A stretch of 45,102 nt of DNA. Source: Deltaproteobacteria bacterium. Its GTDB lineage: Bacteria; Desulfobacterota; Binatia; Binatales; Binataceae. Positions 8,764 through 18,455 of the stretch are shown piece by piece. The stretch covers positions 1 through 45,102 of the forward strand of contig JAJZAG010000002.1 of NCBI GenBank assembly GCA_021799555.1, written 5' to 3'. The position numbers and the translations under genes were made by a program. The notes beneath the pieces were generated by a model. It saw nothing but the letters and a program-made list of their open reading frames with translations, did no database searches and was not told the DNA's origin. Numbering within the stretch: position 1 is the first letter of the stretch; each line of letters starts with the position of its first letter.

Positions 8764-9444
8764 TCAGGGTGCAGAAGACGTCCCCTTGGTCGAGGGAAGC
8801 ATCGTGTCGCGAACCCAGATCGTCTGGACGCCGCTCAAGTCGCTCGCCGATGTAAGTCCGTTATCTTTGGCAATTTGTCGCCAGTTGTCTTCATTGCCGG
8901 TGGCCCGTTTGGCGAGCGCACGCAGGTCTTCACCCGGCAATAAAGCGAAGTTGACGCCGCCTTCGCGTGGAGTTGGCGATGGGGGCGGCAGCTTGGCGGC
9001 TAGCTGATCGAACTTGGTGAACAAATTAAGCCGCTTGGAGGGTAAATACGCCGCCAAGTCGGAATCGGGGATATCCTGAGTTTCCAGGTTCGCGACGATT
9101 CGGCTGGTGCGGGTACCGGTCGGAACAATCTCGATCACATAGCGATACTGCGGATTGAGACCGACCAGGCTTCCGAAAACTGAGGTATTTATATGCGCGG
9201 GGCGCCAATTCGTGACAACGTGGTCCTCGGGCCGAACTTCAAACAGCACTCCTTCACCGCGCAGCACGTCCTGTGTCATCACGAAAGTTTCCTGCGCGGT
9301 GTAGGGAGTATCATGCTGTTCGCCTTGGGCGGCTTCGCTTCCCCCACCGGCAGCGCCGTACGGTGCATACAGTGCCGCGCATCCAGCAATCATGAACGCC
9401 AGAAATCCGAGTATCGGCTTGGATAAATGTTTTGAGGCTCTCAT
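8764..9444 (-). CDS. lipoprotein with C-terminal LysM-like domain
   Basis: The start at ATG 9444 gives MRASKHLSKPILGFLAFMIAGC (signal peptide plus lipobox IAGC). The C-terminus PGEDLRALAKRATGNEDNWRQIAKDNGLTSASDLSGVQTIWV fits the LysM pattern. Confidence 0.7.
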   Translation of the reverse strand: MRASKHLSKPILGFLAFMIAGCAALYAPYGAAGGGSEAAQGEQHDTPYTAQETFVMTQDVLRGEGVLFEVRPEDHVVTNWRPAHINTSVFGSLVGLNPQYRYVIEIVPTGTRTSRIVANLETQDIPDSDLAAYLPSKRLNLFTKFDQLAAKLPPPSPTPREGGVNFALLPGEDLRALAKRATGNEDNWRQIAKDNGLTSASDLSGVQTIWVRDTMLPSTKGTSSAP

Positions 9445-9624
9445 GACCGCCGCACCGCTAATCAGGAAACCATGCGCTTGAGGTGTGCGCAAGAAGAGAG
9501 GTGAATAATCTTGAGACGAGCGCAACACTCCGGGGTGTGTACCATCGCTTCTCTCATTGCCGGACTGGACTGGTTCTCACGGATTGCGCCATTCGCGCGA
9601 GCAGGCTAATCAGATACTTCGCTA

Positions 9625-10986
9625 ATGGCTTCATCAGAAAATGGTTCCCCGCGGCACGTGATGGCGGTGGTCGGCGCTGCTACCGCAGGCTCGGAAATCG
9701 CCCGGATTCTTGCCCAGCGTGGCGCCTTGGTGGCGGTCTTCGAACAAAATCCGCGTCCGTACGGAAAGATTGAGGACGGTTTACCGCGATGGCACGTCAA
9801 GCAGCGGCGCGATGAGTACGCGGAAATCAATAGCCGCCTCGACCATCCTAATATCGCCTATGTTCCGCTGACAGCGCTCGGTCGAGACCTTGATTTCAAC
9901 GAGTTGCGCACCGGCTGGGGGCTATCGGGAATCGTGCTCGCACATGGTGCGTGGCGTGATCGTCCCTTTCCAGTGGAAGGCGCTGACCAGTTTATCGATC
10001 GCGGACTCGTCTATCAGAACAAGCTCATCTATTGGTTCAATCACTACAATGAAAAGGCTTACGTCGGCCCTCGCTACGAGATTACCCCGGGTGCAATCGT
10101 CGTCGGTGGGGGACTCGCCTCGATCGACGTCGTCAAGGTGCTGCAAATCGAGACGACGCTGCGGGCGTTGGCTGCGCGGGGAATTGCGGAAAGCATGCTT
10201 CGGCTTGAACGCGAAGGAATAGAGCCGGTGCTGGCCGCGCACGGCCTCAAATGGGCTGAGTTGAACGTCGCGCCGTGCCAGCTTTATTACCGGCGCCGGG
10301 TATTGGACATGCCCCTGTCCGACATTCCACCGGACGCACCGCCGAAGAGAGCTGAGGCGATGCGGTCCGCGCGCGCCAAGATTCTGGACAAGGCGATGCG
10401 CAAGTTTCTGTTCGGCTTCCGCGAGCTGCGCGCTCCCACGGGATTGATCGTGGAAGACGGAATGCTGGCCGGTGTCCGATTCAGCGCCACCGATGTGATC
10501 GAAGGGCAGGTCAGAATTGTCGCCGACGCGGTGGAGTCGCCGCGCGCAAAGTTAACCGTCAGTTCCATTGGCAGTATTCCCGAGCCGATACCGGGAATCG
10601 CGCAAAAGGGCGAGACCTACAGCTACGTAGATTCGAAAATCGGTCTCCTCATGGATGGCCCCACGGCCGTTTTTGCGGCGGGAAATGTGCTCACCGGCAA
10701 GGGAAATATCAAGGACTCGCTCGAAAGCGGAACCGAGGTGGGAACTCGCATCGCTGAAGCCTATCTGGGTCTGTCGGAAGAGAGCGTTGCGCTTGCCGAG
10801 GGTGCGCGTCACGTCGCGACGACGACGGGCGAGGCGATTGCCGACGCACTCTCCACACGGGCCAAGCTTGCGCCCGAAGCGGTTCAAGCGATCATGCGCC
10901 GGATTGAAGAGCGGCAGCGTGCGGTCGGCTATGCGGGCGACTACCGCGAGTGGATCGCAAAAGTAACCCCGCCCGACCTCGAGTAA
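9625..10986 (+). CDS. FAD/NAD(P)-binding oxidoreductase (adrenodoxin-reductase / GltD-like)
   Basis: N-terminal dinucleotide fold VMAVVGAATAGSEIARILAQRGALVAVFE, a second Rossmann motif AIVVGGGLASIDV, and the C-terminal FAD motif VFAAGNVLTGKGNI. Confidence 0.75.
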   Translation: MASSENGSPRHVMAVVGAATAGSEIARILAQRGALVAVFEQNPRPYGKIEDGLPRWHVKQRRDEYAEINSRLDHPNIAYVPLTALGRDLDFNELRTGWGLSGIVLAHGAWRDRPFPVEGADQFIDRGLVYQNKLIYWFNHYNEKAYVGPRYEITPGAIVVGGGLASIDVVKVLQIETTLRALAARGIAESMLRLEREGIEPVLAAHGLKWAELNVAPCQLYYRRRVLDMPLSDIPPDAPPKRAEAMRSARAKILDKAMRKFLFGFRELRAPTGLIVEDGMLAGVRFSATDVIEGQVRIVADAVESPRAKLTVSSIGSIPEPIPGIAQKGETYSYVDSKIGLLMDGPTAVFAAGNVLTGKGNIKDSLESGTEVGTRIAEAYLGLSEESVALAEGARHVATTTGEAIADALSTRAKLAPEAVQAIMRRIEERQRAVGYAGDYREWIAKVTPPDLE

Positions 10987-11043
10987 GCGGAACTATCGCG
11001 GGACATAACGAGGTTCGGCTTCGCGCGGCCAGGCATCGCGAAC

Positions 11044-11415
11044 TTACTTTTGAAATTTGATCGCTGTTCCCTTTACAGATGTGCAGGTGAAACTGAGGAT
11101 ATTGTAGACTGGAATGAAACCGTAAAGGCTGGTCGAAGTCGTCACGTTCACCAGGGCGTCCGCTCCCGTGGGCGCTAACGCGCGATCGACGGCGGTTTGA
11201 ATATCCGAGTCACCCCAAGGCACCACCGCGATTATGAAGTAGCGACATGCCTGGCCCTGCGCCGGTCCGAGATCCTGAATGTTGTGCCCCGACTTCAAAA
11301 ATGCGACCGGGTCTACAGAGCTCTTTGTTATGACACCAAGGGATCCCACTGACACACAGCCCGCGAGCGAAAGTACCTCCACAAAAATCATTAAACGAAC
11401 TAAAGTTTGCTTCAT
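11044..11415 (-). CDS. TRL-like family lipoprotein
   Basis: Signal peptide plus lipobox MKQTLVRLMIFVEVLSLAGC. The body (GQACRYFIIAVVPWGDSDIQTAVD...ALVNVTT) resembles the small TRL lipoprotein family. GC is lower than in the neighbouring genes. Confidence 0.65.
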   Translation of the reverse strand: MKQTLVRLMIFVEVLSLAGCVSVGSLGVITKSSVDPVAFLKSGHNIQDLGPAQGQACRYFIIAVVPWGDSDIQTAVDRALAPTGADALVNVTTSTSLYGFIPVYNILSFTCTSVKGTAIKFQK

Positions 11416-11619
11416 CGAGTGTTTTTTCCTGATTTCATGATACTACGCACTAAAATTTTTGCGGTGGGTCAGCCACTTATCTGCCAGCTGATCGTACTTG
11501 TCAACAAAAGGCAGAGAGAAACGGCCTTGGCGATGAGCGCAGTGGAACTGGTAGTCGCGTTTTGCCTCGTTCGGCGTCGGGCGCTACGCTCTCGGCAGTA
11601 ATCGCGCGCGAGGTGCGGT

Positions 11620-12867
11620 GTGGAAGAGCTGAGGAAATCCGATCCGGAAATTTACGATCTAATCGGCAAAGAAGAGCGCTACGAATTCGATTCAGTTCGG
11701 CTGATCCCGTCGGAGAATTACGCATCCGCCGCTGTCCTGGAAGCCACCGGCTCCATTCTGACCAACAAATATTCCGAGGGTTACCCCGGACGCCGCTACT
11801 ACGAGGGCCAGCGCTATATCGATACGCTTGAGAGTCTGGTGATCGATCGGGCCAAGGCCCTGTTTGGCGCCGAGCATGCGAATGTTCAGCCTTACTCGGG
11901 TTCGCCGGCGAATCTTGCGGTCTATTTTGGATTGGTGAAGCCGGGCGATACGATCATGGGGATGGCGCTTCCGATGGGCGGGCATCTGACCCACGGATGG
12001 AACGTCAGTATCACGGGCACCTTCTGGCGCTCCGTGCAGTACAACGTGGACCGCGAGACCCATCGGATTGATTACGACGCGGTGCGCGATCTCGCGCGGC
12101 GCGAAAGGCCGCGGATGATCGTCTGCGGGGCGACGGCGTACCCGCGCAAGATCGATTTCAAGGCGTTTGGCGAGATCGCGAAAGAGGTTGGGGCGCTGCT
12201 GCTCGCCGATATCGCGCATATCGCGGGCCTGATCGTCGGCGGACAGCATCCGAGTCCCGTTCCGTACGCTGACGCGGTTACCACCACGACGCATAAAACG
12301 CTGCGTGGACCGCGCGGCGCGATGATCCTGTGCCGCGGCGAGCATGCCGACGCGATTGACAAGGCGGTTTTCCCGGGACTTCAGGGCGGGCCGCATAACC
12401 ACACTACCGCCGCGATTGGAGTCGCGCTCAAGGAAGCGGCGACGCCTGAGTTCAGGGACTATGCCGCGCAAATCGTCCGCAACGCCAAGGCGCTGGCCGA
12501 AGAACTGCTCGCACGCGGATTCTCGCTGGTTTCAGGCGGCACTGATAATCATCTGATCCTCGTCGATCTGACCAGCAAGAAAGTTATTGGAAAGAAGGGC
12601 GCCAAGGCGCTCGACGCGGCCGGGATCGTCTGCAACTACAACACCGTTCCCTACGACCCGCGCAAACCTTTCAGCCCCAGCGGTTTGCGCCTTGGCACGC
12701 CGGCCGTGACCTCGCGCGGGATGCGCGAGCCCGAGATGAAGCAGATCGCCAAGTGGATGGACGAAGCGATCGCGCAAGCGGGCGACGAAGCCGCCCTCAA
12801 GAGAATTTCGGGTGAGGTTGCTGAGATGTGTCATCACTTCCCGGCGCCCGGTTTATCGATCCGCTGA
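11620..12867 (+). CDS. glyA: serine hydroxymethyltransferase
   Basis: LIPSENYASAAVLEATGSILTNKYSEGYPGRRYYEGQ and the PLP-lysine block TTTHKTLRGPRG are present. A GTG start gives a 415-aa product, which is the canonical length. Confidence 0.95.
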   Translation: MEELRKSDPEIYDLIGKEERYEFDSVRLIPSENYASAAVLEATGSILTNKYSEGYPGRRYYEGQRYIDTLESLVIDRAKALFGAEHANVQPYSGSPANLAVYFGLVKPGDTIMGMALPMGGHLTHGWNVSITGTFWRSVQYNVDRETHRIDYDAVRDLARRERPRMIVCGATAYPRKIDFKAFGEIAKEVGALLLADIAHIAGLIVGGQHPSPVPYADAVTTTTHKTLRGPRGAMILCRGEHADAIDKAVFPGLQGGPHNHTTAAIGVALKEAATPEFRDYAAQIVRNAKALAEELLARGFSLVSGGTDNHLILVDLTSKKVIGKKGAKALDAAGIVCNYNTVPYDPRKPFSPSGLRLGTPAVTSRGMREPEMKQIAKWMDEAIAQAGDEAALKRISGEVAEMCHHFPAPGLSIR

Positions 12868-12929
12868 AACGCAGCGCGCGACTTTGCGGTTGCTTGACAT
12901 CGTGGCGGCACTGACGCGATAAACGCGCC

Positions 12930-14027
12930 ATGGCGACCACAAATCCAGCGAAGATCAAAATCGAGCGCGGCCTCAATTTTGGCGCTCCATACACGCCCGA
13001 CATGCAGCAGGCGGGCAAACGTCCCGAACCAACCTGGAGCACGATCGCGGCGCAGGTACGCGAGGCTGAAGCGCTCGGCTACGACGCCCTGATCGCCGTT
13101 GAAACCCAACACGATCCCTACCTGGGCCTCGCAATCGCCGCGATGGAACCGGCGAAGCTCGAGCTTGGAACCGGAATCGCTCTGGCGTTTACGCGCAGCC
13201 CCGTTGCCACAGCTTACACCGCGTGGGATCTGCAGCGCATGAGCGGCGGGCGCCTCATGCTCGGTCTCGGATCGCAGGTCAAGGGACACGTGACGCGCCG
13301 GTTCGGGATGCCGTGGTCGAAGCCTGCGCAACGCATGAAGGACTACGTCGGCGCAATGCGCGCGTGCTGGAAAACGTGGCAGACGGGAGAGCCGCTTAAC
13401 TTTCGCAGCGAGCACTACAACCTGTCGCTGATGACGCCGAACTTTTCGCCGCCGCCGCAGGAGCATCCGCATATCCCGGTCGCGATCGCGGCCGTTCAGG
13501 AACGGATGCTGCAAGTCGCGGGCGAGGTTTGTGACGGCGTACGTCTGCACGGGATTGTGACGCGCAAGTATTTGGATCAGATCGCGTTTCCAAATCTAAA
13601 GCGGGGCTTCGAAAAATCCGGACGGCCCGTTTCCGAATGGCCGAATTTCCAAATCTCGGGCGGCGGCTTTCTGGTCGCGGCAAAAGATCGCGACTCGCTC
13701 GCGAAAGCCGTCGAGACCACCAAATCAACTATCGCGTTCTATGGATCAACCCGCTCGTACCGGTCGAGCTTCGAGCTCGACGGATGGGGCAATACCGCCG
13801 ACGAACTGCATAAGCTCTCGGTGCAGCAAAAATGGCGCGAGATGGCAAAGCTCGTCACCGACGAGATGGTTCATGCATTTGCCGCGGTCGGAACATATGA
13901 CGAGATCGCCGCGGTGATGAAACGGCGCTTCGCCGGAATCAACCGCCTCGGCTTCGACATGCCGGTGCATAGCGACCACGATCGCGGCGCGCTAAAGGAG
14001 ATCCTGCAGGACTTAAGGCGCGAATAG
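12930..14027 (+). CDS. LLM-class (luciferase-like) F420-dependent oxidoreductase
   Basis: Luciferase-like TIM-barrel pattern: EALGYDALIAVETQHDPYLGLA, LGTGIALAFTRSPV, GRLMLGLGSQ and RMLQVAGEVCDGV. The family assignment to the F420-type LLM group is supported by the cof genes in the same window. Confidence 0.8.
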   Translation: MATTNPAKIKIERGLNFGAPYTPDMQQAGKRPEPTWSTIAAQVREAEALGYDALIAVETQHDPYLGLAIAAMEPAKLELGTGIALAFTRSPVATAYTAWDLQRMSGGRLMLGLGSQVKGHVTRRFGMPWSKPAQRMKDYVGAMRACWKTWQTGEPLNFRSEHYNLSLMTPNFSPPPQEHPHIPVAIAAVQERMLQVAGEVCDGVRLHGIVTRKYLDQIAFPNLKRGFEKSGRPVSEWPNFQISGGGFLVAAKDRDSLAKAVETTKSTIAFYGSTRSYRSSFELDGWGNTADELHKLSVQQKWREMAKLVTDEMVHAFAAVGTYDEIAAVMKRRFAGINRLGFDMPVHSDHDRGALKEILQDLRRE

Positions 14028-14036
14028 TTCTCGCCG

Positions 14037-14735
14037 TTGATTCTGATGCGAGGAAAAACGCATCGGCTGGGCCCCCAGCCAACGAGTGTCGCTATGAGCG
14101 CAGCCGCAGGATTTGAACGCTACTATTATGGTCGGAAAGTGGTTTTGGAGTCCGAATCATTTGAGGACGCGAACAAGAAAATCAAGAATTTGATTGACAG
14201 CCGAGGGGGAACAGGCCAAAGGCGCCGCTTTTACTACTCAGAGGGCGGTTCGCTATTGTGGAGCGAATACCAGTTCCTCTTCCTTTGCCAGCTGATTGAG
14301 TTCAAGACTGCGGAAGCCATCAGCGTACTGGCAAAGGTCCAACTGGTGTCGCCTGAACTCGTCGAGCACCTAAAACAAGGGAAGAGAGCGAATCCTGAGC
14401 GGAGCAAGAGCCCGCAGAGGCTGGTGTCGCCAGCCTCTCTCTTGGGGGATTTCCAGTTCAATTTGGGAAAATTGGCGAAAATAATCGATTCTGACGTCCG
14501 TCCGTTCCAAGGGAAAAAGAGGTTGCTTTCCCGGCTAAAAGCCTTCAACCGTGAAAGGAATACCTTCATTCATCGTTCTTTCAATAATAGTCCCAAATCC
14601 CCCAGCGAGTGCATCACGCATGGGCTCTTCATCGGCAAAAGGCTACTGCAATTGATAGACACGATGGCTGAGGGTCTTCTCGTGCCCGCTCTCGCGCAGA
14701 AAAGAGCGCAGCTGCGGCGGGTCGCTCGGCCTTAG
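14037..14735 (+). CDS. hypothetical protein with candidate HEPN R-x4-H motif
   Basis: 232-aa ORF at about 50% GC, in a window of roughly 63% GC. It looks all-helical, with LKAFNRERNTFIHRSF (R-N-x3-H) near the C-terminus followed by a final helix. The start is uncertain (14037, 14046 or 14094). Its TAG stop overlaps the stop of the convergent gene. Confidence 0.55.
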   Translation: MILMRGKTHRLGPQPTSVAMSAAAGFERYYYGRKVVLESESFEDANKKIKNLIDSRGGTGQRRRFYYSEGGSLLWSEYQFLFLCQLIEFKTAEAISVLAKVQLVSPELVEHLKQGKRANPERSKSPQRLVSPASLLGDFQFNLGKLAKIIDSDVRPFQGKKRLLSRLKAFNRERNTFIHRSFNNSPKSPSECITHGLFIGKRLLQLIDTMAEGLLVPALAQKRAQLRRVARP

Positions 14736-15430
14736 TGCGATGGATCAATATCCGACCACAGCCTGCGCATGAACTCGATATGCGTCTCGACTGCCCATAG
14801 CGTCTCGGGTGCGGCGCTCGCGGGTATCGCTTTGAAAATCGAGGCGGCGCTCGAATCGCCGTGGTCGCGATCAACTTTGACGTGGACCGAGAAGAACAGC
14901 AGCGCGGCGTCCGACAAGTGGTAGTTACGGCGCAGGCCGTCGATCACACGAACGTACGCGTCGGGGTTGAATAGCTCGGAGCCGAGGCTGATCCCGGCCA
15001 GCGTCACGTACCAGGGCTTCGATTCCGCAAGCCAGTACATCCAGTGGACCATCGCGGTCGCGTCGGGCGACATCCGGGCTTCGCACAAAGCATTGCGCGG
15101 AATTCCAATTGCCTCACCAAATTCGAGATAAAGCTCAGGATGCGACCGGCCGACGCCGGAGACACGCCCGAGTTCCTCTTCGATCAGGTTCTCGACGATC
15201 GCCTTGCGTGCGGGAAAGTCGTCGCACTTGGCGTAAATAAGTCCAAGGATATTGGCGTTATGCGCCTTATTGCCGATGTACAGTTGCGTCGCCCACCATC
15301 GTAGCTGCTCGAGTGAGAGTTCGCCGCGTTCAATTTTCTCGATTGTCGGATGAGACTTGAGCGTGCGATTGTTGCGCTCGAGTCTGGCGATCAGCGCCTG
15401 GAGCTCTCGAACTCCATCCTGCACGTCCAT
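14732..15430 (-). CDS. PqqC/TenA-like haem-oxygenase-fold iron-containing redox enzyme
   Basis: 232-aa all-helical protein that can be aligned by eye to PqqC: HP...G.LS..Q...W..Q.Y......, ENLIEEELG....HPELYLEFGEAIG, and SLGSELF...Y. It starts 3 nt after the ligase stop. Confidence 0.75.
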   Translation of the reverse strand: MDVQDGVRELQALIARLERNNRTLKSHPTIEKIERGELSLEQLRWWATQLYIGNKAHNANILGLIYAKCDDFPARKAIVENLIEEELGRVSGVGRSHPELYLEFGEAIGIPRNALCEARMSPDATAMVHWMYWLAESKPWYVTLAGISLGSELFNPDAYVRVIDGLRRNYHLSDAALLFFSVHVKVDRDHGDSSAASIFKAIPASAAPETLWAVETHIEFMRRLWSDIDPSH

Positions 15431-15433
15431 GCT

Positions 15434-17131
15434 TCAGTTCTCCTCGGCGAGATCGACGTTGGCGCGTGGCGCGGGCGCGGAAGCCGCGCCCTTCGTATGC
15501 TCGGCCGCGAGCCGTATTTCAATTGTGCGTTTCAGCTCCGCCTTTTTTATCTTGCCGACATTGGTCAGCGGCATCACATCGATCACCTCGAGCCGCTCAG
15601 GAAATTTGAAGCGCGCAAGCCCGCGTTGCGCCAAATGGACCGATAGCTCTTCGAGCGACAGCGAGCCTCCCGGAGCGAGCTTCACAAATGCGCAGACCTT
15701 TTCGCCAAGCCGTGGGTCGGGCATCGCGACCACGGCTGCGGCGCTGACGGCGGGATGCGCGATAATGTGGGATTCGATCTCTTCGGCGCTGATCTTCTCG
15801 CCGCCGCGATTGATTTGGTCCTTAATGCGCCCCTCGACGATCAAGTTTCCGGACGGCGTTTGCCGTACCAGATCGCCAGTGCGGTAGAATCCATCGGCGG
15901 TAAATGCCGCGCGATTGGCGTCGGCGGCGCGATAGTAGCCGCGAATCGTGCTCGGCCCGCGGCACCATAGCTCTCCGGTCTCGCCCGCGGCCACTTCGGT
16001 CCCGTCGGCGCGCACGACGCGGATTTCATCGTCGGGCGAAACCGGACGTCCCTGCGTTGTGCACGCAACGTCGTCGCTTTCGTCGAGACGTGTATAGCAG
16101 ATTAGTCCTTCGCTCATACCAAGCACTTGCTGCACCTGCAGATGGGGGAATACGCGCCGGAGCGCGCGCGCAGTCGGCTCCTGAAGCCGCTGTCCGCCCA
16201 CGCTGATCACGCGCAGCGTCGCGAAACCGTGCCGGTCGCGCTCGGCGAGGCCGAGGATCGAAAGTGCGATCGCCGGGACGCAGGGCAGATGCGTGATTTG
16301 TTCGGCGTCCGCGACTCGCATGAGGTCGGAGGCGTTCGTCGATTCGGAAAAGATTGTGGCAGCGCCGCTCAGCAAGGCGCCCACCAGCCCCGGCGCTCCA
16401 AGGGGGAAGTGATGTTCCACCGGCAACGCGAGCAGCAACCGCGTCGCGGGATTGAACCCGCACACGGCGGCGCAGGCTTCAGCGCTACAAAGATAATCGG
16501 CGTGACTGCGCGGGATCAGCTTTGGCAGTCCGGTGGTTCCACCGGAGAGCAGCAGGATTGACACGTCGAATGGATCCCCGCCGCGCGAACCGATTGGCGG
16601 CCCCGGTTCAGCTACGGAGCCGAAATCAATCCCGCCTTCGGCGGGCTCGGTCGTCAGGATGATTCTGAGTTCCGGCGCGCGCCGGCGCAACTCGCGTGCC
16701 AGCGCGACATGATCGAAACCGCGGTAGGTGGGCGCAACGGCGATCGCGACAGGCTTGGCTAGCGTAATCAGATATTCGAGTTCGGCTTGCCGGAGCGCCG
16801 GCAGCGCCATCACCGGTATCGCGCCGATCTCCGCGCACGCGACCAGCAGCGTCGCAAACTCGACGCGATTCGGAAGCTGTACGATAATCCGGTCGCCACG
16901 CTTGATCCCGCGCCGTTCGAGGGTCGCCGCGATCCGCGACGACTCTTCGAGCAGCGCCGCGAAACTAATCGCGCGCCGGGCGTCTCTGATCGCGATCGCA
17001 TCGGGGCGCTCGGCGGCATGGCGCCGAGCGGCATCGCCGATTGCCTGAGCGAGAGTCTGGCGCCGCCAGCATCCTGCGCGAAGGTAGCGTTCGGCGTCGG
17101 CGGTCGGAATTGGGATATAATCCTCGAGCAT
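15434..17131 (-). CDS. aryl-acid adenylating enzyme, (2,3-dihydroxybenzoyl)adenylate synthase (EntE/DhbE)-like
   Basis: AMP-binding core motifs LLLSGGTTGLPKLIPRSH, YRTGDL and GRIKDQINRGGEKISAEEIE. It appears collinear with E. coli EntE along the whole length when aligned by eye from memory. Confidence 0.9.
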   Translation of the reverse strand: MLEDYIPIPTADAERYLRAGCWRRQTLAQAIGDAARRHAAERPDAIAIRDARRAISFAALLEESSRIAATLERRGIKRGDRIIVQLPNRVEFATLLVACAEIGAIPVMALPALRQAELEYLITLAKPVAIAVAPTYRGFDHVALARELRRRAPELRIILTTEPAEGGIDFGSVAEPGPPIGSRGGDPFDVSILLLSGGTTGLPKLIPRSHADYLCSAEACAAVCGFNPATRLLLALPVEHHFPLGAPGLVGALLSGAATIFSESTNASDLMRVADAEQITHLPCVPAIALSILGLAERDRHGFATLRVISVGGQRLQEPTARALRRVFPHLQVQQVLGMSEGLICYTRLDESDDVACTTQGRPVSPDDEIRVVRADGTEVAAGETGELWCRGPSTIRGYYRAADANRAAFTADGFYRTGDLVRQTPSGNLIVEGRIKDQINRGGEKISAEEIESHIIAHPAVSAAAVVAMPDPRLGEKVCAFVKLAPGGSLSLEELSVHLAQRGLARFKFPERLEVIDVMPLTNVGKIKKAELKRTIEIRLAAEHTKGAASAPAPRANVDLAEEN

Positions 17132-17907
17132 TATGGTTTTTGCGGCGATACGCTGATCGGGCGAACACTCTTCGGAAGTTGTGGCGCGGACGTCGGGTGA
17201 CGGTCCTCGATCGCGCCCTCGACCATAAAGTAAACCTCATCCATGATTCTGGCGCGCTGCTCGAAGTCACGGCCTGGTTCGTACCAGGTATAGAACCAGT
17301 TCATCGCTCCAAACAAAAGCGACGTTATAATTCGGCTGCGTTCCCGATCCAGCGGAGCGCCCCGTTCTTCAGCGAGTTGATCGAGCAACTTACGGCACAT
17401 CCGCGAGTACTCGCGTTTGAGCCGAGCGATGTCGTTTTGGTAGCGTCCGGAGAGCGAATCCGCCTCGCGAACCAGAACCTTCATCTCCGCGAGGTTGCCC
17501 ATGTGGTATTCGAGATGGGCGGCGATAAATTCCCGCATTCGAGTCTCCGCGTCGGGCGCTGAGCGAGCCGCTTGCTCGGCCCGGCGCAAAAGCGCTTCGA
17601 AGGCGCGGCGCGAGATCAGGTAGAGGATTTCCTCTTTGTTCCGCAGGTAATAATAGATGCGCGGAAACGAGATTCGCGCACGCGCCGCGATATCCCGTAT
17701 CGTGGCCAAGCCAAAGCTTTTTTCGGCAAACACGGCGGCGGCGGCACGCAGGATATGATCGATATTGGCGTCGTAACGTTCGTCTGGAGCGAGCGCGCGC
17801 GAAGCGGGTTTGATCCGGGTCACGCGCCGGACGGCGGGTTGAACGATGGCTTTTTTCAAATGAAATGCCTCCCGCCCAAGGTTTGCCCGCCCCGCCCGCG
17901 AACGCAA
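17131..17907 (-). CDS. TetR/AcrR family transcriptional regulator
   Basis: The N-terminal HTH is ILRAAAAVFAEKSFGLATIRDIAARARISFPRIYYYLRNKEEIL. An alternative TTG start at 17859 has a GGGAGG Shine-Dalgarno 9 nt upstream. The TAA stop shares one nt with the ligase ATG (TAATG). Confidence 0.85.
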   Translation of the reverse strand: MRSRAGRANLGREAFHLKKAIVQPAVRRVTRIKPASRALAPDERYDANIDHILRAAAAVFAEKSFGLATIRDIAARARISFPRIYYYLRNKEEILYLISRRAFEALLRRAEQAARSAPDAETRMREFIAAHLEYHMGNLAEMKVLVREADSLSGRYQNDIARLKREYSRMCRKLLDQLAEERGAPLDRERSRIITSLLFGAMNWFYTWYEPGRDFEQRARIMDEVYFMVEGAIEDRHPTSAPQLPKSVRPISVSPQKP

Positions 17908-17937
17908 GCCGTCGAAGCTTGCCGCATCCCGCCCCAG

Positions 17938-18300
17938 CTAAGCGGCGACCGGCGTGACCGCGACTGAGACCGCCTGCCAAATTCCGCCGCGCTTGGAAAA
18001 AACCCGCAGGAAGCGCTGATCGGTGTGGTGGTCATCGAACTCCAATTGAAGCCGTCCGCGGCTGATGCCGGTGTCTCCGAACACATGCACGAATTGCCCG
18101 CTGAATGTCACCGATCCTGCCCGCCCTGGCGGGTTAACCATAAGGATCGCTTTTGTGACGAGTTGACCTAAAGCGGTCCAACCGGTGAAGTCATCTGCAA
18201 GGATGTGAGCCAGCGGGGTGCGGTCGTGGCGCCGATACGCATCGTTCCACTCGTTGTCCAGACGCAGTATCTGCGCCTCATCGTCTGTTTGCGTGCCCAC
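17938..18300 (-). CDS. SnoaL-like / DUF4440 (NTF2-fold) protein
   Basis: 120-aa product with ILRLDNEWNDAYRRHDRTPLAHILADDFTG..., typical of NTF2-like DUF4440 proteins. Confidence 0.7.
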   Translation of the reverse strand: MGTQTDDEAQILRLDNEWNDAYRRHDRTPLAHILADDFTGWTALGQLVTKAILMVNPPGRAGSVTFSGQFVHVFGDTGISRGRLQLEFDDHHTDQRFLRVFSKRGGIWQAVSVAVTPVAA

Positions 18301-18351
18301 AGTCTACCCCCGCCGTCCAAGCTGCGTTCCGCTCAGTGAACCCTCCGCGCC

Positions 18352-18455
18352 GTCATTTCGAGCCATAGGCGAGAAATCGCGAGGCGTTCTCCCTCGACGC
18401 CCACGCCGCGTGCAGCGGGCGCTCGATCGCGATTTCTCTTTTCGGTCGAAATGAC
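18352..18455. repeat. palindromic REP/MITE-like element (GTCATTTCGAG variant)
   Basis: GTCATTTCGAGCCATAGGCGAGAAATCGCGA (18352-18382) faces TCGCGATTTCTCTTTTCGGTCGAAATGAC (18427-18455), whose complement is GTCATTTCGACCGAAAAGAGAAATCGCGA. It is intergenic, between the PaaA-like stop and the NTF2-like start. Confidence 0.7.

Noticed and set aside
11416-11619. Riboswitch (ZTP/pfl, THF or glycine) in the 204-nt leader of glyA
   Set aside because: I could not find the conserved cores (for example the pfl CCGCCUGGGC 3' element or the glycine-aptamer motifs). A covariance-model scan would be needed, so no claim is made.
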